DNA of 64,000 nucleotides from Malacoraja senta (GCA_038087875.1 CM075989.1:1054001-1118000); one strand, 5' to 3'. Counted from the stretch's first letter, positions 28,636-42,000 are shown. Notes: generated by a model not told the origin, from the sequence alone. Translations and numbers: made by a program.

Positions 28636-28828
28636 CTGCGCCTGTGAGTTGGGGGCTACGCACGAGTGGATAGGGCGGGGGATGGGGTACAAGGAGCAAA
28701 TTAATAATATTAATATAATATCAAGGGGGGTGTTTAGTGAATGGGTGCGGGGAGTGGTTAGTGTGTGTGTGATGCCACAGGTCACCCCCCTTCCCCACCC
28801 CGGCAACCACTCCTTGAGGGAACGGGAC

Positions 28829-28945
28829 CATATAACCATATAACCATATAACCATAACAGCACGGAAACAGGGCCATCTCGGCCCTTCAAGTCCATGCCG
28901 AACTTTTTTAAATTTTTATTTTTTATTTTTAATAAATACTTCCCC
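28829..28945 (-). mobile_element. Young CR1 3'-terminal fragment inserted in the Helitron hairpin
   Basis: Reverse complement matches 35547-35678, including the (ATATGGTT)n tail. Confidence 0.9.
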
Positions 28946-28966
28946 AATGGGTCACACTTTGTCTAG

Positions 28967-29993
28967 TATACTTTAAAAACTCTCATCTTTTATGTGGATT
29001 TGTGTGTGTATAATCACATCTTCTCAAAAAAATGATGTGGTAACGGTAAAATGTTTACATATTCCGGTAGACATTTTTTCCATGGAGACCACAAGTGCCT
29101 TATCTAAAAATGTCATGCTTTATTTATGGAGTTATTACTAAAAATGTTCTGACAAAATCTGACAAAACTTTCAATTTAAAAATCACTGATGATGGCACAA
29201 TGGGTCTGCGTGCCATTCTTGCATGCACTGCAAGTGACGTCACCCCCCCACCCCTTGCTCCTCCCCCCCACCCCCTCCCTCCTCCCCCCCACCCCTCCCT
29301 CCTCCCTCCTCGCCCCCCACCACTCCCTCCTCCCACCCTCCTCCCCCCCCCCCACCCCTCCCTCCTCCCCCCCACCCCTCCCTCCTCCCACCCCCACCCT
29401 CCTCCCCCCCCACCCCTCCCTCCTCCCCCCCCACCCCCCTCCCTCCTCCCCCCATCGTTATTGAAAAGGCGGAGAAAGAACGAGCAGTCGGGCCCTGTAC
29501 TGAACCCACCAAGTTCTCGGGTCGCTCGGTCAGCTCCTCTCTTTCCCCGCTGGGCCTCTCTCCCCCTCCACTTTCCCCTCCTCTCCCCCCTCCTCTTCCC
29601 ACCCTCCTCTTCCCTCCCTCCTCTTCCCCCCCTCCTCTTCCCCCAGCCACTGCCCTGCCTCTGCCCTGCCTCTGTGCCTCTGCTCTGCCTCTGCCCTCTC
29701 TCTCTCTACCCCTCCCTCTCTAGCCATGCCTGTGAGTTTGGGGCTATGCGTGAGTGGATAGGGTGGAGGATGGGTAAAAGGAGCGAATGAATAATATTAA
29801 TATAACATTAAGGGTGGTTGTTAGCGTGTGTGGGTGGTTAGCGTGTGTGGGTGGGGGTGGTTGGCGTGTGTGGGGGGGTGGTTAGTGTGTGTGTGTGGGG
29901 GGTGGTTAGTGTGTGTAGGATGCCGCAGACTCCCCCCCCCCCTCGCAACCGCATGCTGAGGGGACGGGACCCAATGGGTCCCACTTGGTCTAG
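28967..29993 (+). mobile_element. Non-autonomous Helitron, copy 3 of the stack
   Basis: Perfect hairpin GGGACCC-aat-GGGTCCC at 29966-29982, then CTAG at 29990-29993, then T. C-rich tract at 29245-29722. Confidence 0.82.
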
Positions 29994-31600
29994 TCACCTT
30001 TAAACTTTGCCCCTCACATTTTATAGCAATGCAAATGTGGTGTTTAAGTGGCTTTTAGATAGGCACATGGATATGCAGAAAATGATGGGATTAGGATCAT
30101 GTGCAGACAGAGGAGGTTAGTTTACCTTGGCATGATATTCACTACACTGTGGGCTGAAGGGCCTGTTACTGTGCGGTACAATTCTGTTTTATATTTTATA
30201 TCACAGAAAAGGTACCAAACTGCAATTGTAAAGTTACAAAAAAGCATTCTTAAAAATATAGAAGCAGTTGTCTGTTTAGTTTTATTTCAAGCATATGGTG
30301 TAAGTGTTGGATTTAGCTCTTTTTGGAATATACTTGGTGTAATGCTGCTTGGATTGTATGTGGGTGTTAATCTGATCCCTGAAAGCATTGTATTGTATAA
30401 AAGCACATGCTCAGCTGCGTGCCCTGTTCTATAACTGTAAGGTTATTGTCAAATGTTATTGTTTCATTTATTCTGCTCCATCATTTGTCATTAAAACCAG
30501 CTCAGCTATTCCAAGGATGGTAAGTGCTCAGTTAATATAACATCTCTGGTTACATCTCTGGCTGATGGACAGATCACAACTGGTTCTCTCAGGTCTGCAT
30601 CTGTGGAAAATGCCAAGGCAATTTCCAACTGGATTACATATCAAAGACTATATTGCAGTACAGCTTTCTCTATTTTTGATCATGACAGTGACAAATTGTG
30701 TTTACTCAGTTGTTCAGGTTCCAGTAGTTGACTTTAATTGACCTGTGCTAGTAAATCTACTAACAAATATCCCCCTACATCGGAGTGCATGCAAATACCT
30801 ACAGGGAAGAAATCAGGCAATGTTAACCTTTACAATGTATTATATATCAACTCTCATAAATAACGTGTTGTGAAGAAGGGTTGTAATGATGTGCTTCAAA
30901 ACATACAGAATATTTATTGCCCACAGTTTCAGTCAATTGGAGAGAGGGGTACAATCCACAATATGCACTTCGTGAGAAGTCAGCTCACCCACCAAACAGA
31001 ATCGATTCAAAGAGCAGAGAAATTGACTCTCGGCTGCTTCTCTGAGCAAAACAGAAATATGCATGGGGTAACTGCATATACTGTATACTGAGTGTATAAC
31101 ATCAACAATCACCAAGAAATCCAGTAAAAATGGAAAGCAAAGTAAAGGCAGATGCTGGATTATGACATAAAAGCAGGAAATGCTGGAAACCTTTAGCAGT
31201 TAGGCACCATTGCCGAGTCCGTGTCATCAGAATGCAGGGGCAATCTTGAGGTTCAATTGCCTGTGATATTAATTCCCCATCCTACATATTCAATGATTCA
31301 CTGATACTTTATTGTCACATGTAACTAGGTACAGTGAAATGTTTTCTTTTGCATACAACCCGGTAAAATCATGTAGCAGACCTCACCTAAGCAGTGTATA
31401 AGTGTTGTCACACTTTCGGTAATCGAGGCAAACTATGTCTGTGGCCTTTTGCACTGTTCTAGTGAGCCCAATATAAACTTGAGGAACATCTTTCATCTGT
31501 ACACAATGCACCTTGTAAGTGCTGAATTCAACGGTTTCAGCCAATTTACGTCCTCTGTTTGCTTAAGAGTTCTGTAGACTGGTCTGAAAGGTTGGCACCG

Positions 31601-31694
31601 AAGATAGACACAAAAAGCTGGAGTAACTCAGCGGGTCAAACAGCATCTCTGGGGAAAAGGAAAAGATGACATACGAGTCGAGACCCTTCTTCAG
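31601..31694 (-). mobile_element. Penelope-like short repeat with a degenerate hammerhead core
   Basis: Minus strand reads CTGAAGA-agggtctcgactc-GTATGTC. Same family as 42172-42304. Confidence 0.6.
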
Positions 31695-31714
31695 GTTGGC
31701 AGTCTGACCCTGAA

Positions 31715-32920
31715 GGTTATGGGATTGAGGGTGAGCTGGCCAACTGGATTCAAAACTGGCTTGATGGGGAAGGAGTCAGAGGATGGTGGTGGAGGTTTTT
31801 TTTCTGATTGGAGACCTGTGATCAGTGGTGTGTGGCAGGGATCTATGCTGGGTCCACTGTTGCTTTTCATCTATGTTAAGGGTTTGGGTGACATGCGGTT
31901 AATGTTTACATTTAATTTTAGTTTTAGAAATACAGTGTGGAAACCGACCCTTTGGCCCACCAAGTCCGTGCCGACAAGCGATCCCCACATATTAACACTA
32001 TCCTACACACACTAGGGACAATTTTTACATTTACCAAGCCAATTAACCTACAAACTCATACGTCTTTGGAATGTGGGAGGAAAGCAAAGATCGCGGAGAA
32101 AATCCACGCAGGTCACGGGGGAGAACGTTCAAACTCCGTATAGACAGCACCCATAGTTGGGATCGAACCCGGGTCTTACAGTGCTGCAAGCACTGTAAGG
32201 CAGCAACTCCTTCCCTGCTGCCCATGGTTAGTAAGTTTGTAATGTAAATTAGTAATGTGGTTAGTAAATTTGTGGATGACACCAGTGGTATAATTGACAA
32301 TGTGGAAGGCTATCGAAGTTTATAAAAAGGACTGGGTTAACTAGGGAATTGGGCCAAGGAATGGCAAGTGGAAGTTAATGCTGACAAGCGTGAGGTGTTG
32401 TATTGTCAAGTGTGAGGTCAAACCTGGGCAGGACTTGCACAGTAAACGGTAGGGCCCTGGAGAGTATGGTGGAGCAGGTAGATCTAGGGATGAAGGTAAA
32501 CATCTTTCTGAAAGTAGCGGCACAGGTTGATAGACTGGTGAAGGAGGCATGTGCCAAAGGGAATTGAATGCAGGATGTACAGCTGTATAGGTTGTGGTGA
32601 GACTACACTTGGAGGATTGTATGCAGCCCTAGTTCTGGTCTACTATGGGAAGAATGTCATCTTGCTGGATGTAAAAGGATTCAGAAAAGATTCAACACGA
32701 TGGTATGAGACTTGAGGCTTCAGTTATTATTAGTGGCTGGATAGGCTGGGACTTCTCCAGAGTACAGGAGATTAAGACCTTGTAGTGACATACAAATCAC
32801 GAGGGGCATGGATCAGGTGTGCAGCTTTCTGTTGAGCAGTCAAGAGCCAGAGGGTACAAGTTTAAGGTAAGAGGAGAAAGATTATAAAAGGGATGGGAGG
32901 CAATTTTTTTAACAGAGGTA
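31715..32920 (+). mobile_element. Old CR1 fragment with a nested SINE
   Basis: FSDWRPVISGV.QGSMLGPLL and downstream CR1-like DNA. Confidence 0.75.
31900..32222 (-). mobile_element. HE1-like SINE
   Basis: B-box ggttcgatcc on the minus strand; colinear with 11158-11493. Confidence 0.88.
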
Positions 32921-33386
32921 GGTGACACCCTTAATCCTCTTGGTGACATCTTTAAAACATAGACTCTGTGAATCAATGGATTAGTGCAGGAGAGCAGTAG
33001 GAATCAGAAGGGGAGCAGTGAGAGAGAGGATCGGACAATACTCATGTCAGAGAGAGGAGACCTCCATCAAATACTTCCTTTGGTTATGCTAAGGACCTGG
33101 GCTCTTTTTCTTCACTACTATTGTTATTAATTATTTGTTTATATTTGTTTATTATATGTTACCTCTGAATATCTCTGCTTACAGGCCGACTATACAGATG
33201 CAAGTAAGAATGTCGTTGTTCTGTTGTTGGTACATGCGACAAACACCCTTGACTGATAACTCACGACTCACCTTCCCAACCGATATATATCTTGTTGTAA
33301 ACTTGGATGTCCTTCATCACTGTCCACTATACCATCTTCAAATTTACTAACAATGTTAGCTACGAATTGGTGTAATCTGTAAATGC

Positions 33387-35678
33387 AATATAATTATGGA
33401 GAGGGTCAGAACTGGACCTAGGGTTGAGATTTTTGATTGGAGAAAGGCTAACTTTGAGGAGATGCGAAAGGATTTAAAAGGAGTGAATTGGACATGTTGT
33501 TTTATGGGAAGGATGTAGAAGAGAAATGGAGGACATTTAAAGGTGACATTTTAAGTACAGAATCTTTATGTACCTGTTCGGTTGAAAGGAAATAGTAAAT
33601 ATTGGAAAGAGCCATGGTTTTCAAGGGAAATTGGACACTTGGTTTGGAAAAAGAGAGATATCTACAATAATTATAGGCAGCATGGAGTAAATGAGGTGCT
33701 TGAGGAGTATAAAGAATATAAAAAGTATATTAAGAAAGAAATTAGAAAAGCTTAAAGAAGATATGAGGTTGCTTTAGCAAGTAAGGTGAAAGTAAATCCA
33801 AAGGGTTTCTACAGCTATATTAATAGCAAAAGGATAACAAGGAATAAAATTGGTCCATTAGAGAGTCAGAGTGGACAGCTATCTGCAGAGCCAAAAGAGA
33901 TGGGGGAGATACTGAACAATTTCTTTTCTTCGGTATTCACCAAGGAGAAGGATATGGAATTATGTGAGGTAAGGGAAACAAGCAGAGTAGCAATGGAAAC
34001 TATGAGATTCAAAGAAGAGGAGGTGCGGACACTTTTGAAAAATATGAAAACGGATAAGTCTCCAGGTCCTGACAGGGTATTCCCGAGGACATTGAGGGAA
34101 GTTAGTGTAGAAATAGCAGGGGCTATGACAGAAATATTTCAAATGTCATTAGAAACGGAATAGTGCCGGAGGATTGGCGTACTGCGCATGTTGTTCCGTG
34201 TTTAAAAAGGGTTCTAAGAGTAAACCTAGCAATTATAGACCTGTTAGTTTGACGTCAGTGGTGGGCAAATTAATGGAAAGGATACTTAAAGATAATATAT
34301 ATAAGCATCTGGATAAGCAGGGTCCTGATTAGGAACAGTCAACATGCGATGTGTGCCTGGGAAGGCATGTTTGACTAATCTTCTAGAATTTTTCGAAAAG
34401 GTTACTAGGGAAATTGATGAGGGTAAAGCAGTGGATGTTGTATATATGGACTTCAGTAAGGCCTTTGACAAGGTTCCTCATGGAAGGTTGGTTAAGAAGA
34501 TTCAATTGTTGGGTATTAATGGTGGAGTAGCAAATGGATTCAACAGTGGCTGAATGGGAGATGCCAGAGAGTAATGGTGGATGGCTGTTTGTCAGGTTGG
34601 AGGCCGGTGACTAGTGGGGTGCCTCAGGGGTCTGTGTTGGGTCCACTGTTGTTTGTCATGTACACCAATGATCTGGATGATGGTGTGGAAAATTGGATTA
34701 GTAAGTATGCAGATGATACTAAGATAGGTGGTGTGGTGGATAATGAAGTAGATTTTCAAAGTCTACAGAGAGATTTAGGCCATTTGGGAAGAGTGGGCTG
34801 AAAGATGGCAGATGGAGTTTAATGCTGATAAATGTGAGGTACTACATCTCGGCAGGACAAATCAAAATAGGACGTACTTGGTAAATGGTAGAGAAATTGA
34901 GGAATGCAGTTGAACAGAGGGATCTAGGAATAACTGTGCATAGTTCCCTGAAGGTGGAATCTCATGTAGATAGTAAAGAAAGCTTTTGGGGTGCTGGCCT
35001 TTATAAATCAGAGCATTGAATATAGAAGTTGGGAAGTAATGTTAAAAATTGTACAAGGCATTGGTGAGGCCAATTCTGGAGTATGGAGTACAATTTTGGT
35101 CGCCTAATTATAGGAAGGATGCCAACAAAATAGAGAGAGTACAGAGGAGATTTACCAGAATGTTGCCTGGGTTTCAGCAACTAAGTTACAGAGAAAGGTT
35201 GAACAAGTTAGGTCTTTATTCTTTGGAGCGCAGAAGGTTAAGAGGGGACTTGATAGAGGTCTGTAAAATTATGAGCGGGTTAGACAGAGTTGACGTGGAT
35301 AAGCTTTTTCCACTGAGAGTAGGGAAGATTCAAACAAGGGGACATGACTTGAGAATTAAGGGACAGAAGTTTAGGGGTAACATTAGGGGGAACTTCTTTA
35401 CTCAGAGAGTGGTAGCTGTGTGTGAATGAGCTTCCAGGGAAGTGGTGGAGGCTGGTTCGATTTTATCCTTTAAAAATAGATTGGATGGGTATATGGACGG
35501 AAAGGAATGGAGGGTTATGGTCTGAGTGCAGGTAGATGGGACTAGGGGGAAGTATATATATTTTTTTAATAAAAATGTAATTTTTTTTTTTTTAATGTTC
35601 GGCACGGACTTGAAGGGCCGAGATGGCCTGTTTCCGTGCTGTAATGGTTATATGGTTATATGGTTATATGGTTATATG
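33387..35678 (+). mobile_element. Young CR1 LINE, 5'-truncated, many 1-2 bp indels
   Basis: Near-identical to 23068-25320, with an (ATATGGTT)n tail. Confidence 0.95.
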
Positions 35679-35696
35679 ACATCTAAATTGTGATGT

Positions 35697-36039
35697 GTCT
35701 CAAAGACCCACACCATCCTGGCCACACACTCATCTCCCCATTGCCATCGGGAAGAAGGTACAGGAGCTTGAAATCTGGAACATCCAGGTTCAGGAACAGC
35801 TACTTCCCCACAGCCATCAAGCTTCAAACAAGCTCTGAACAATAACAGTCTATTATTACTATTGCACTTTATCTGTTTAATTATTGTGTATATATACGGT
35901 CTATGGTATATAGACACACTGAACTTTTATCTCCTGTTCTGTATTATGTTTACATATTCTGTTGTGCTGCAGCAAGTAAGAATGTCATTGTCCTATCTGG
36001 GATACATGACAATAAAACTCTCTTGACTCTTGACTCTTG
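35697..36039 (+). mobile_element. Rex1 3' end
   Basis: Matches 1993-2345; (CTTGACT)n tail. Confidence 0.85.
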
Positions 36040-36221
36040 CCTTAAAGGGCCTGTCCCACTTGGGCGACATTTGTGGCGACAGTCTGGAAAGAGGTTGTCG
36101 CGTCGTGGTCGGGGCATGACGCATGGTGACACATATAGTGACGCGTGAGACGCACAAGTGACGCGCAGTGACGCGTAGGTGACGAGCGGTGTCTCCCTGT
36201 TGCCCCAGGATTTTGGAATGT

Positions 36222-37715
36222 TCAAAATATTTCAAATGTCATTAGAAATGGGAATGGTGCCGGAGGATTGGCGTACTGCGCATGTTGTTTCATTGTTTTT
36301 AAAAGGGTTCTAAGAGTAAACCTAGCAATTATAGACCTGTTAGTTTGACGTCAGTGGTGGGCAAATTAATGGAAAGGATACTTAGAGATAATATATATAT
36401 AATCCATCTGGATAAACAAGGGTCTGATTAGGAACAGTCAACATGGATTTGTGCCTGGAAGGTCATGTTTGACTAATTTTTCATGAATTTTTTGAAGAGG
36501 TTACTAGGGAAATTGATGAGGGTAAAACGGTGGATGTTGTCTATATGGACTTCAGTAAGGCCTTTGACAAGGTTCCACATGGAAGGTTGGTTAAGAAGGT
36601 TGAATTGTTGGGTATTAACAGTGGAGTAGCAAGATGGATTCAACAGTGGCTGAATGGGAGATACCAGAGAGTAAAGATGGATAACTGTTTGTCAGGTTGG
36701 AGGCCGGTGACTAGTGGGGTGCCTCAGGTTGGTTCCACTGTTGGTGTTGTCATATACATCAATGATCTGGATGATGGTGTGGTAAATTGGATTAGTAAGT
36801 ATGCAGATGATACTAAGATAGGTGGTGTTGTGGATAATGAAGTAGATTTTCAAAGTCTACAGAGAGATTTAGGCCATTTGGAAGAGTGGGCTGAAAGATG
36901 GCAGATGGAGTTTAATGCTGATAAGTGTGAGGTGCTACATCTTGGCAGGACAAATCAAAATAGGACGTACATGGTAAATGGTAGCAAATTGAGGAATGCA
37001 GTTGAACAGAGGGATCTAGGAATAACTGTACATAGTTCCCTGAAGGTGGGAATGTCATGTAGATAGGGTGGTAAAGAAAGCTTTTGGTGTGCTGGCCTTT
37101 ATAAATCGGAGCATTGATATAGAAGTTGGGATGTAATGTTAAAATTGTACAAGACATTGGTGAGGCCAATTCTGGAGTATGGTGTACAATTTTGGTCGCC
37201 ATAGGAAAGATGTCAACAAAATAGAGAGAGTACAGAGGAGATTTAGTAGAATGTTGTCTGGGTTTCAGCACCTAAGTTACAGAGAAATGTTGAACAAGTT
37301 AGGTCTTTATTCTTTGGAGCGCAGAAGGTTAAGGGGGGACTTGATTCTTCAAAATTATGAGAGGGATAGACAGAGTTGACGTGGGTAAGCTTTTTCCATT
37401 GAGAGTAGGGAAGATTCAAACAAGAGGACATGATTTGAGAATTAAGGGACACAAGTTTAGGGGTAACATGAGGGGGAACTTCTTTACTCAGAGAGTGGTA
37501 GCTGTGTGGAATGAGCTTCCAGTGGAAGTGGTGGAGGCAGGTTTGAATTTATCATTTAAAAATAAATTGGACAGGTGTATGGACAGGAAAGGAATGGAGG
37601 GTTTTGGTCTGAGTGCAGGTAGATGGGACTAGGTGAGAGTAAGTGTTCGGCACGGACTAGAAGGGTCGAGATGGCCTGTTTCCGTGCTGTAATTGTTATA
37701 TGGTTATATGGTTAT
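36222..37715 (+). mobile_element. Young CR1 LINE fragment
   Basis: DFSKAFDKVPH and KYADDTK, an (ATATGGTT)n tail, and AAAAT at both junctions. Confidence 0.93.
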
Positions 37716-38364
37716 AAAATCTAGGGGCGACATTTTCGATGTCTCATCATGTCGTGCGCCCTGTCCTGTGGATGACGCCCGGTTAGAGTTAGGGTTAGGG
37801 TTGGGGTTCAGGACCACAGATGGGCTGTAAAATATTCTTCCTTCAATGCATGGATTTTAAACATTAAGATATTAAAATTAATACAATAAAATCAATTATT
37901 TAACTGGAAAGATGTCTGAGTCTTTCAGTTTTATTTATAGATGTATTGGTCTGCTTCCAGATCCAATCATCGTTTCTATAACTTTTCACAGGGATGGATT
38001 CAGTGATTGGAGACTGAACTCCCCTCTCTCCTCCACCCCCCTCTTCTCCCCTCCTGCCCCCATCCCTCCTTCTCCACTCCCCCTACCCTTCTCCCCCCTC
38101 TCCCCCCCTTCTTCCCTTCCCCCCTCTTCCTCCCTTCTTCTCCACTCCACTCGTCTCCCCCTTCTCCACTCCCCCCTCCCCTCACTTCCCCTTCTCCCCT
38201 TCTTCCTTCCTTCTCCCATTCTCCAAACCCCCCCCCGCCCCCACATTTCCCGATACCCCCCCATTGTGGACCCAGCCTGCGACCAGCGATCCCCGCACAC
38301 TATCCCACACACGCTACAGACAATTTATACAAACCTGTGCGCCTTTGGAGTGTGGGTGGAAACA

Positions 38365-38418
38365 CTAACCTTAACCCTAACCCTGACCCTAACCCTAACC
38401 CTAACCCTAGCCCTAACT
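38365..38418. repeat. Interstitial telomere-like (CCCTAA)n tract, 9 units
   Basis: ctaacc ttaacc ctaacc ctgacc ctaacc ctaacc ctaacc ctagcc ctaact. Confidence 0.9.
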
Positions 38419-39760
38419 CTAGGTTGATAGTCTTGGTATATGTATAAATTGTCCCTAGCATGTGTGGGATAGTATGCGGGGGATCGCTGGTCGGTGTGGG
38501 CTCGGTGGGCCGAAGGGCACTGTATCTCTGAACTAAATGTGACACAGGGGCCCCAGGGGTTGGACTCGAACACCCAATGTTCTGCCTGCTCCTCATGGGA
38601 ACTAAACTGTTGGCCACGAGTTGTCCCAGAGGCAGATCTCTCTTCCAATGGTCTCTCTAAACCCCTAGATGCAGCGAGCTTTTCAACTGGGTACAGGCAA
38701 TGTTGTCAATGTACCAGTGCCACCCACCTGCTCCGGGCACTGAGTCTAAATACCCACCACCCATTTTGAAGCAAGGCGAGGGGGCGGGGGGGGGAGGGGT
38801 GGGGGGGTGGGGAGGTGGGGGGTGTTGTTCCCAAAGTCTGCATTTATCCCATAGTTACTAAAACAGATGATGTGGCCTTTGTGCAGTACTGTTAGTGGGA
38901 TCGAGCTGTCGCAGGCTGGGTCCACAAATGGGGGCGACGGGGAAAGTGGAGGGGGGTGGAGGTGGATGAATGGGAGAAGGGAGGGAGAGGGGGAGAAGGG
39001 GATGTGAGGAGAGGTGGGAGTGGAAAAGGGTGAGAATGGATCAGGGAGAAGGGAGGTAGAGGGGTAGGGTAGGGGAGAAGGGTAGGGGGAGTGGAGAAGG
39101 AGGGATGGGAGCAGGAGGGGGGTGGAGGAGAGAGGGGAGTTCAGTCTACACTCACTGAATCCATCCCTGTGAAAGGTTATAGAGACGGTGATTGGATCTG
39201 GAAGCGGACGAATACATCTATAAATAAAACTGAACTATTCAGACATCTTTTCATTTGCACAATTGGTTTTATTGTATTAATTGAAATATATTAATGTTTC
39301 AAATCCATGCATTGAAGGAAGAATATTTTACAGCCCATCTGTGGTCCTTAATCCTAACCCTAACTGGGCATCACCCGCAAGACAACATACGTCAGTGTGT
39401 GTCGTGCAACATGTCGGTTTTACGGGGATCAGTCACTGACGCTCCGCAGTCCCCGAAATAATCGCAAATTGGGATAGGCCCTTAATGTATATAACAAAAC
39501 AGCATTTGACTCATCACCGATCCCAGTGAACACCACTGGTCACAGGCTTCCAATCAAAAATACAATCCAGCAGTCCTTCCAGGTGAAACAAGTTCACCCT
39601 CCCTCCCTACCCGAGTGCGCACACATTTCCATCATCTTCCACCTTTCGCGCACTCTGCATCTTTCCCTCCCTAGTAGGCTCACCTTCCATCCCTGAGACC
39701 CTATGTCCCACTTTTCCTACTCTCCCCCACCTCCCCACCCTCTTCAACTCCTTCATCTCC

Positions 39761-40053
39761 TTAGACTTTAGAATTTAGACATACAGACCCGCCGAGACTG
39801 TGCTGACCAGCGATCACCCCGTATACAAGCACTATCCCACACACTGGGACAATTTACAATTTACAGAAGTCAATCAACCTACAAACCTGTACATATTTTG
39901 AGTGTGAGAGGAAACTAGAACACCTGGGAAAAACACACATAGCCACAGGGAGAACGTACAAACTCCGTACAGACAGCACCCATAATCAGGATTGAACCCG
40001 GGTGACCTGGGCTGTAAGGCAGCAACTCTACCGCTGTGCCACTGTGCCACCCT
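39761..40053 (-). mobile_element. HE1-like SINE
   Basis: Head gggtggcacagtggcacagcggtagagttgctgcc and B-box ggttcaatcc. Confidence 0.88.
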
Positions 40054-40099
40054 AAATCCTCTTGGTGACCACTTAAAAAAAACTCTATCTATTAATGTC

Positions 40100-42000
40100 T
40101 GTCGAAACACTAGCATCATTAAATACAGGTGAGGTGCCGTAAGACTGGAGGGTGGCAAATGTTATGCCTCTATTCAAGAAGGGCTACAGGGAAAATGCTG
40201 GGAACTATAGGCTAGTGAGCTTAACATCAGTAGTTGGAAAGTTACTAGAGAGTATTCTGAGGGATAAGATATACATACATTTAGATGGACAAAGGCTGAT
40301 TAGGAATAGTCAGTATGGATTTGTTACTTGGGAGGTTGTGTCTCACAAATCTGAGTTTTTGATGATGTGGCCGAAAAGGTTGAGGGCAGAGCTATACACA
40401 CAATATATGGATTTCAGCAAGGGATTTGGCAGGATTCCACGTGGTAGGCTGCTCGGGAAGGTTAGATCGCACGGGATTTAAGGAGGGAAAGATGAATGAA
40501 TTGGCTTCATGGAAGTAATGAAGAGTAACAAAGGAACATACCTGCTGTCGAGGGGAATGGGCATGGAATACTTGCATGGTTTGCCTACTCCCTTTCCTGA
40601 TGGACACCCATCTACTTTCCGTCTGCACCATAGGTGTGATCACCTTTATATGACTCCTACCTGTGGCGCTCTGATTCTCCTGAATGATCCTGAGGTTATC
40701 CAGTTCCCTCGTGAGGTCATGGGAGCTGCAACTGGATGCACTTCTCACAGATGTAGGCCTCGGGACATCTCTCTGACTTCTCATATCCTGCAGATCCAAT
40801 GGCAGATAAAATAAAGAAGAATCCAAAGAGATAGACGTATATTCGGAACAAAGATAAACTAAAGAGAGAATAGGGTCCCTGAGAACCAAAATGGTGCATA
40901 TGTGGAGCCGCAGGATTTGGGCAAAGTATTCAATGAGTATTTTTCTTCTGTTTTTACAGCAGAGAAAGACATGAAGACCAAAAAACCTGTGAAAGTTAAT
41001 GGTGATGCCTGGGGGGGTGGGGGGGAGTAGAAGAGGTGCAGGACGACCTTATGGGTATGAAGGTTGGTTAGTCCCCCAGTCCCGATTAGGTATATTCAAG
41101 GATCCTGTGGGAGGCTCTGGATACTCTGGAGAGGGGGCGCTGTCCTGTTCGGCTCCCAGTCCTGCAGCTGTCCATTTTTTTCACTTCTTTTAAAATATTT
41201 TTAGTACGTTAAAATGCGTAGTTGGAGGGTCTAACCTTTTTATGTGTGGGGGGTGGGGGGTGGGGGGGGGGGGGAGGGGGAAACCGCTTTTTCAAGTCCC
41301 TACCTGGTCGGAGAGGCTGCTTTCCTCCATGTAGCGCCTTCGACTTGTCCTCGCGGCCTACCAGCGGGGCCTGGAGCGGTGTTTCCTGAGGGGACTTGGC
41401 CAGAACCTCAGCTTCGGCGGCGGCACAGTGCTGGGGCGCTTTCGTTGAGCGGGCGATGCCTTGCTTGGGTCGCCGCGCTGAAACCATCGATAAAAAAACA
41501 TTGCGGAACCGCGGGCGGCAGTGCTGAACTTTGCATCGGGAGTCTGGGATCTCTCGCCGAGATCGCCAGTGTGTGGAGCTCCGTCCAGCGCGGCCTTTTG
41601 GCTTGGAAGCCGCGGTCTCCGGTAAGGAGGTGGCCGTTCCTTGCACCCCAAGCCGCTGAGAGGATTCTCCCGACGCCGGGGCACCATCACCCGGCGAGAA
41701 CGGCCTGGAACATCGGGCCCGACTATGGGTGGACATGGGGATGGGGGGAACCACTGTGGGGGGATGTTTTTATGTTAAACTTCTTCTTTAATGCTATGTT
41801 GTATTTTTATTAGTGTGCTGCAAGGACATCTGAATTTCCCCTGAATAAGGGGATTAATAAAGTATTTGTTATTATTATTAATATTATTATTATTATTATT
41901 AATAAGCTAGTGAAGAAATTGCACGAGCCTTGGCTGAGACATACGAATCATCGTTAGACACGAATGAGGTGCCCAAAGACTGGAGGGTTTCAAAGAGGGG
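40100..42000 (+). mobile_element. Rearranged CR1 fragments (ORF2 pieces on +, ORF1 zinc-finger/leucine-zipper piece on - at 40525-40800)
   Basis: ANVMPLFKKG..NYRLVSLTS on plus; YICEKCIQLQL and ELDNLRIIQE on minus. Confidence 0.75.
41117..41902 (+). mobile_element. GC-rich non-autonomous retroposon
   Basis: Splits the CR1 at gggaggct|..|aagctag. 3' end gggattaataaagt plus a (TTA)n tail. Confidence 0.7.

Larger units (their letters stand above)
27091..28966 (+). mobile_element. Non-autonomous Helitron, copy 2 of the stack
   Basis: Colinear with copy 1. Ends ..ccaatgggtcacactttgtCTAG, and its hairpin is interrupted by a CR1 tail. Confidence 0.78.
36046..39482. mobile_element. Harbinger-type non-autonomous foldback element with a nested CR1
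   Basis: Termini AGGGCCTGTCCCA / TGGGATAGGCCCT with TAA TSD at 36043-36045 and 39483-39485. Internal ~500-bp inverted repeat. Confidence 0.7.
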
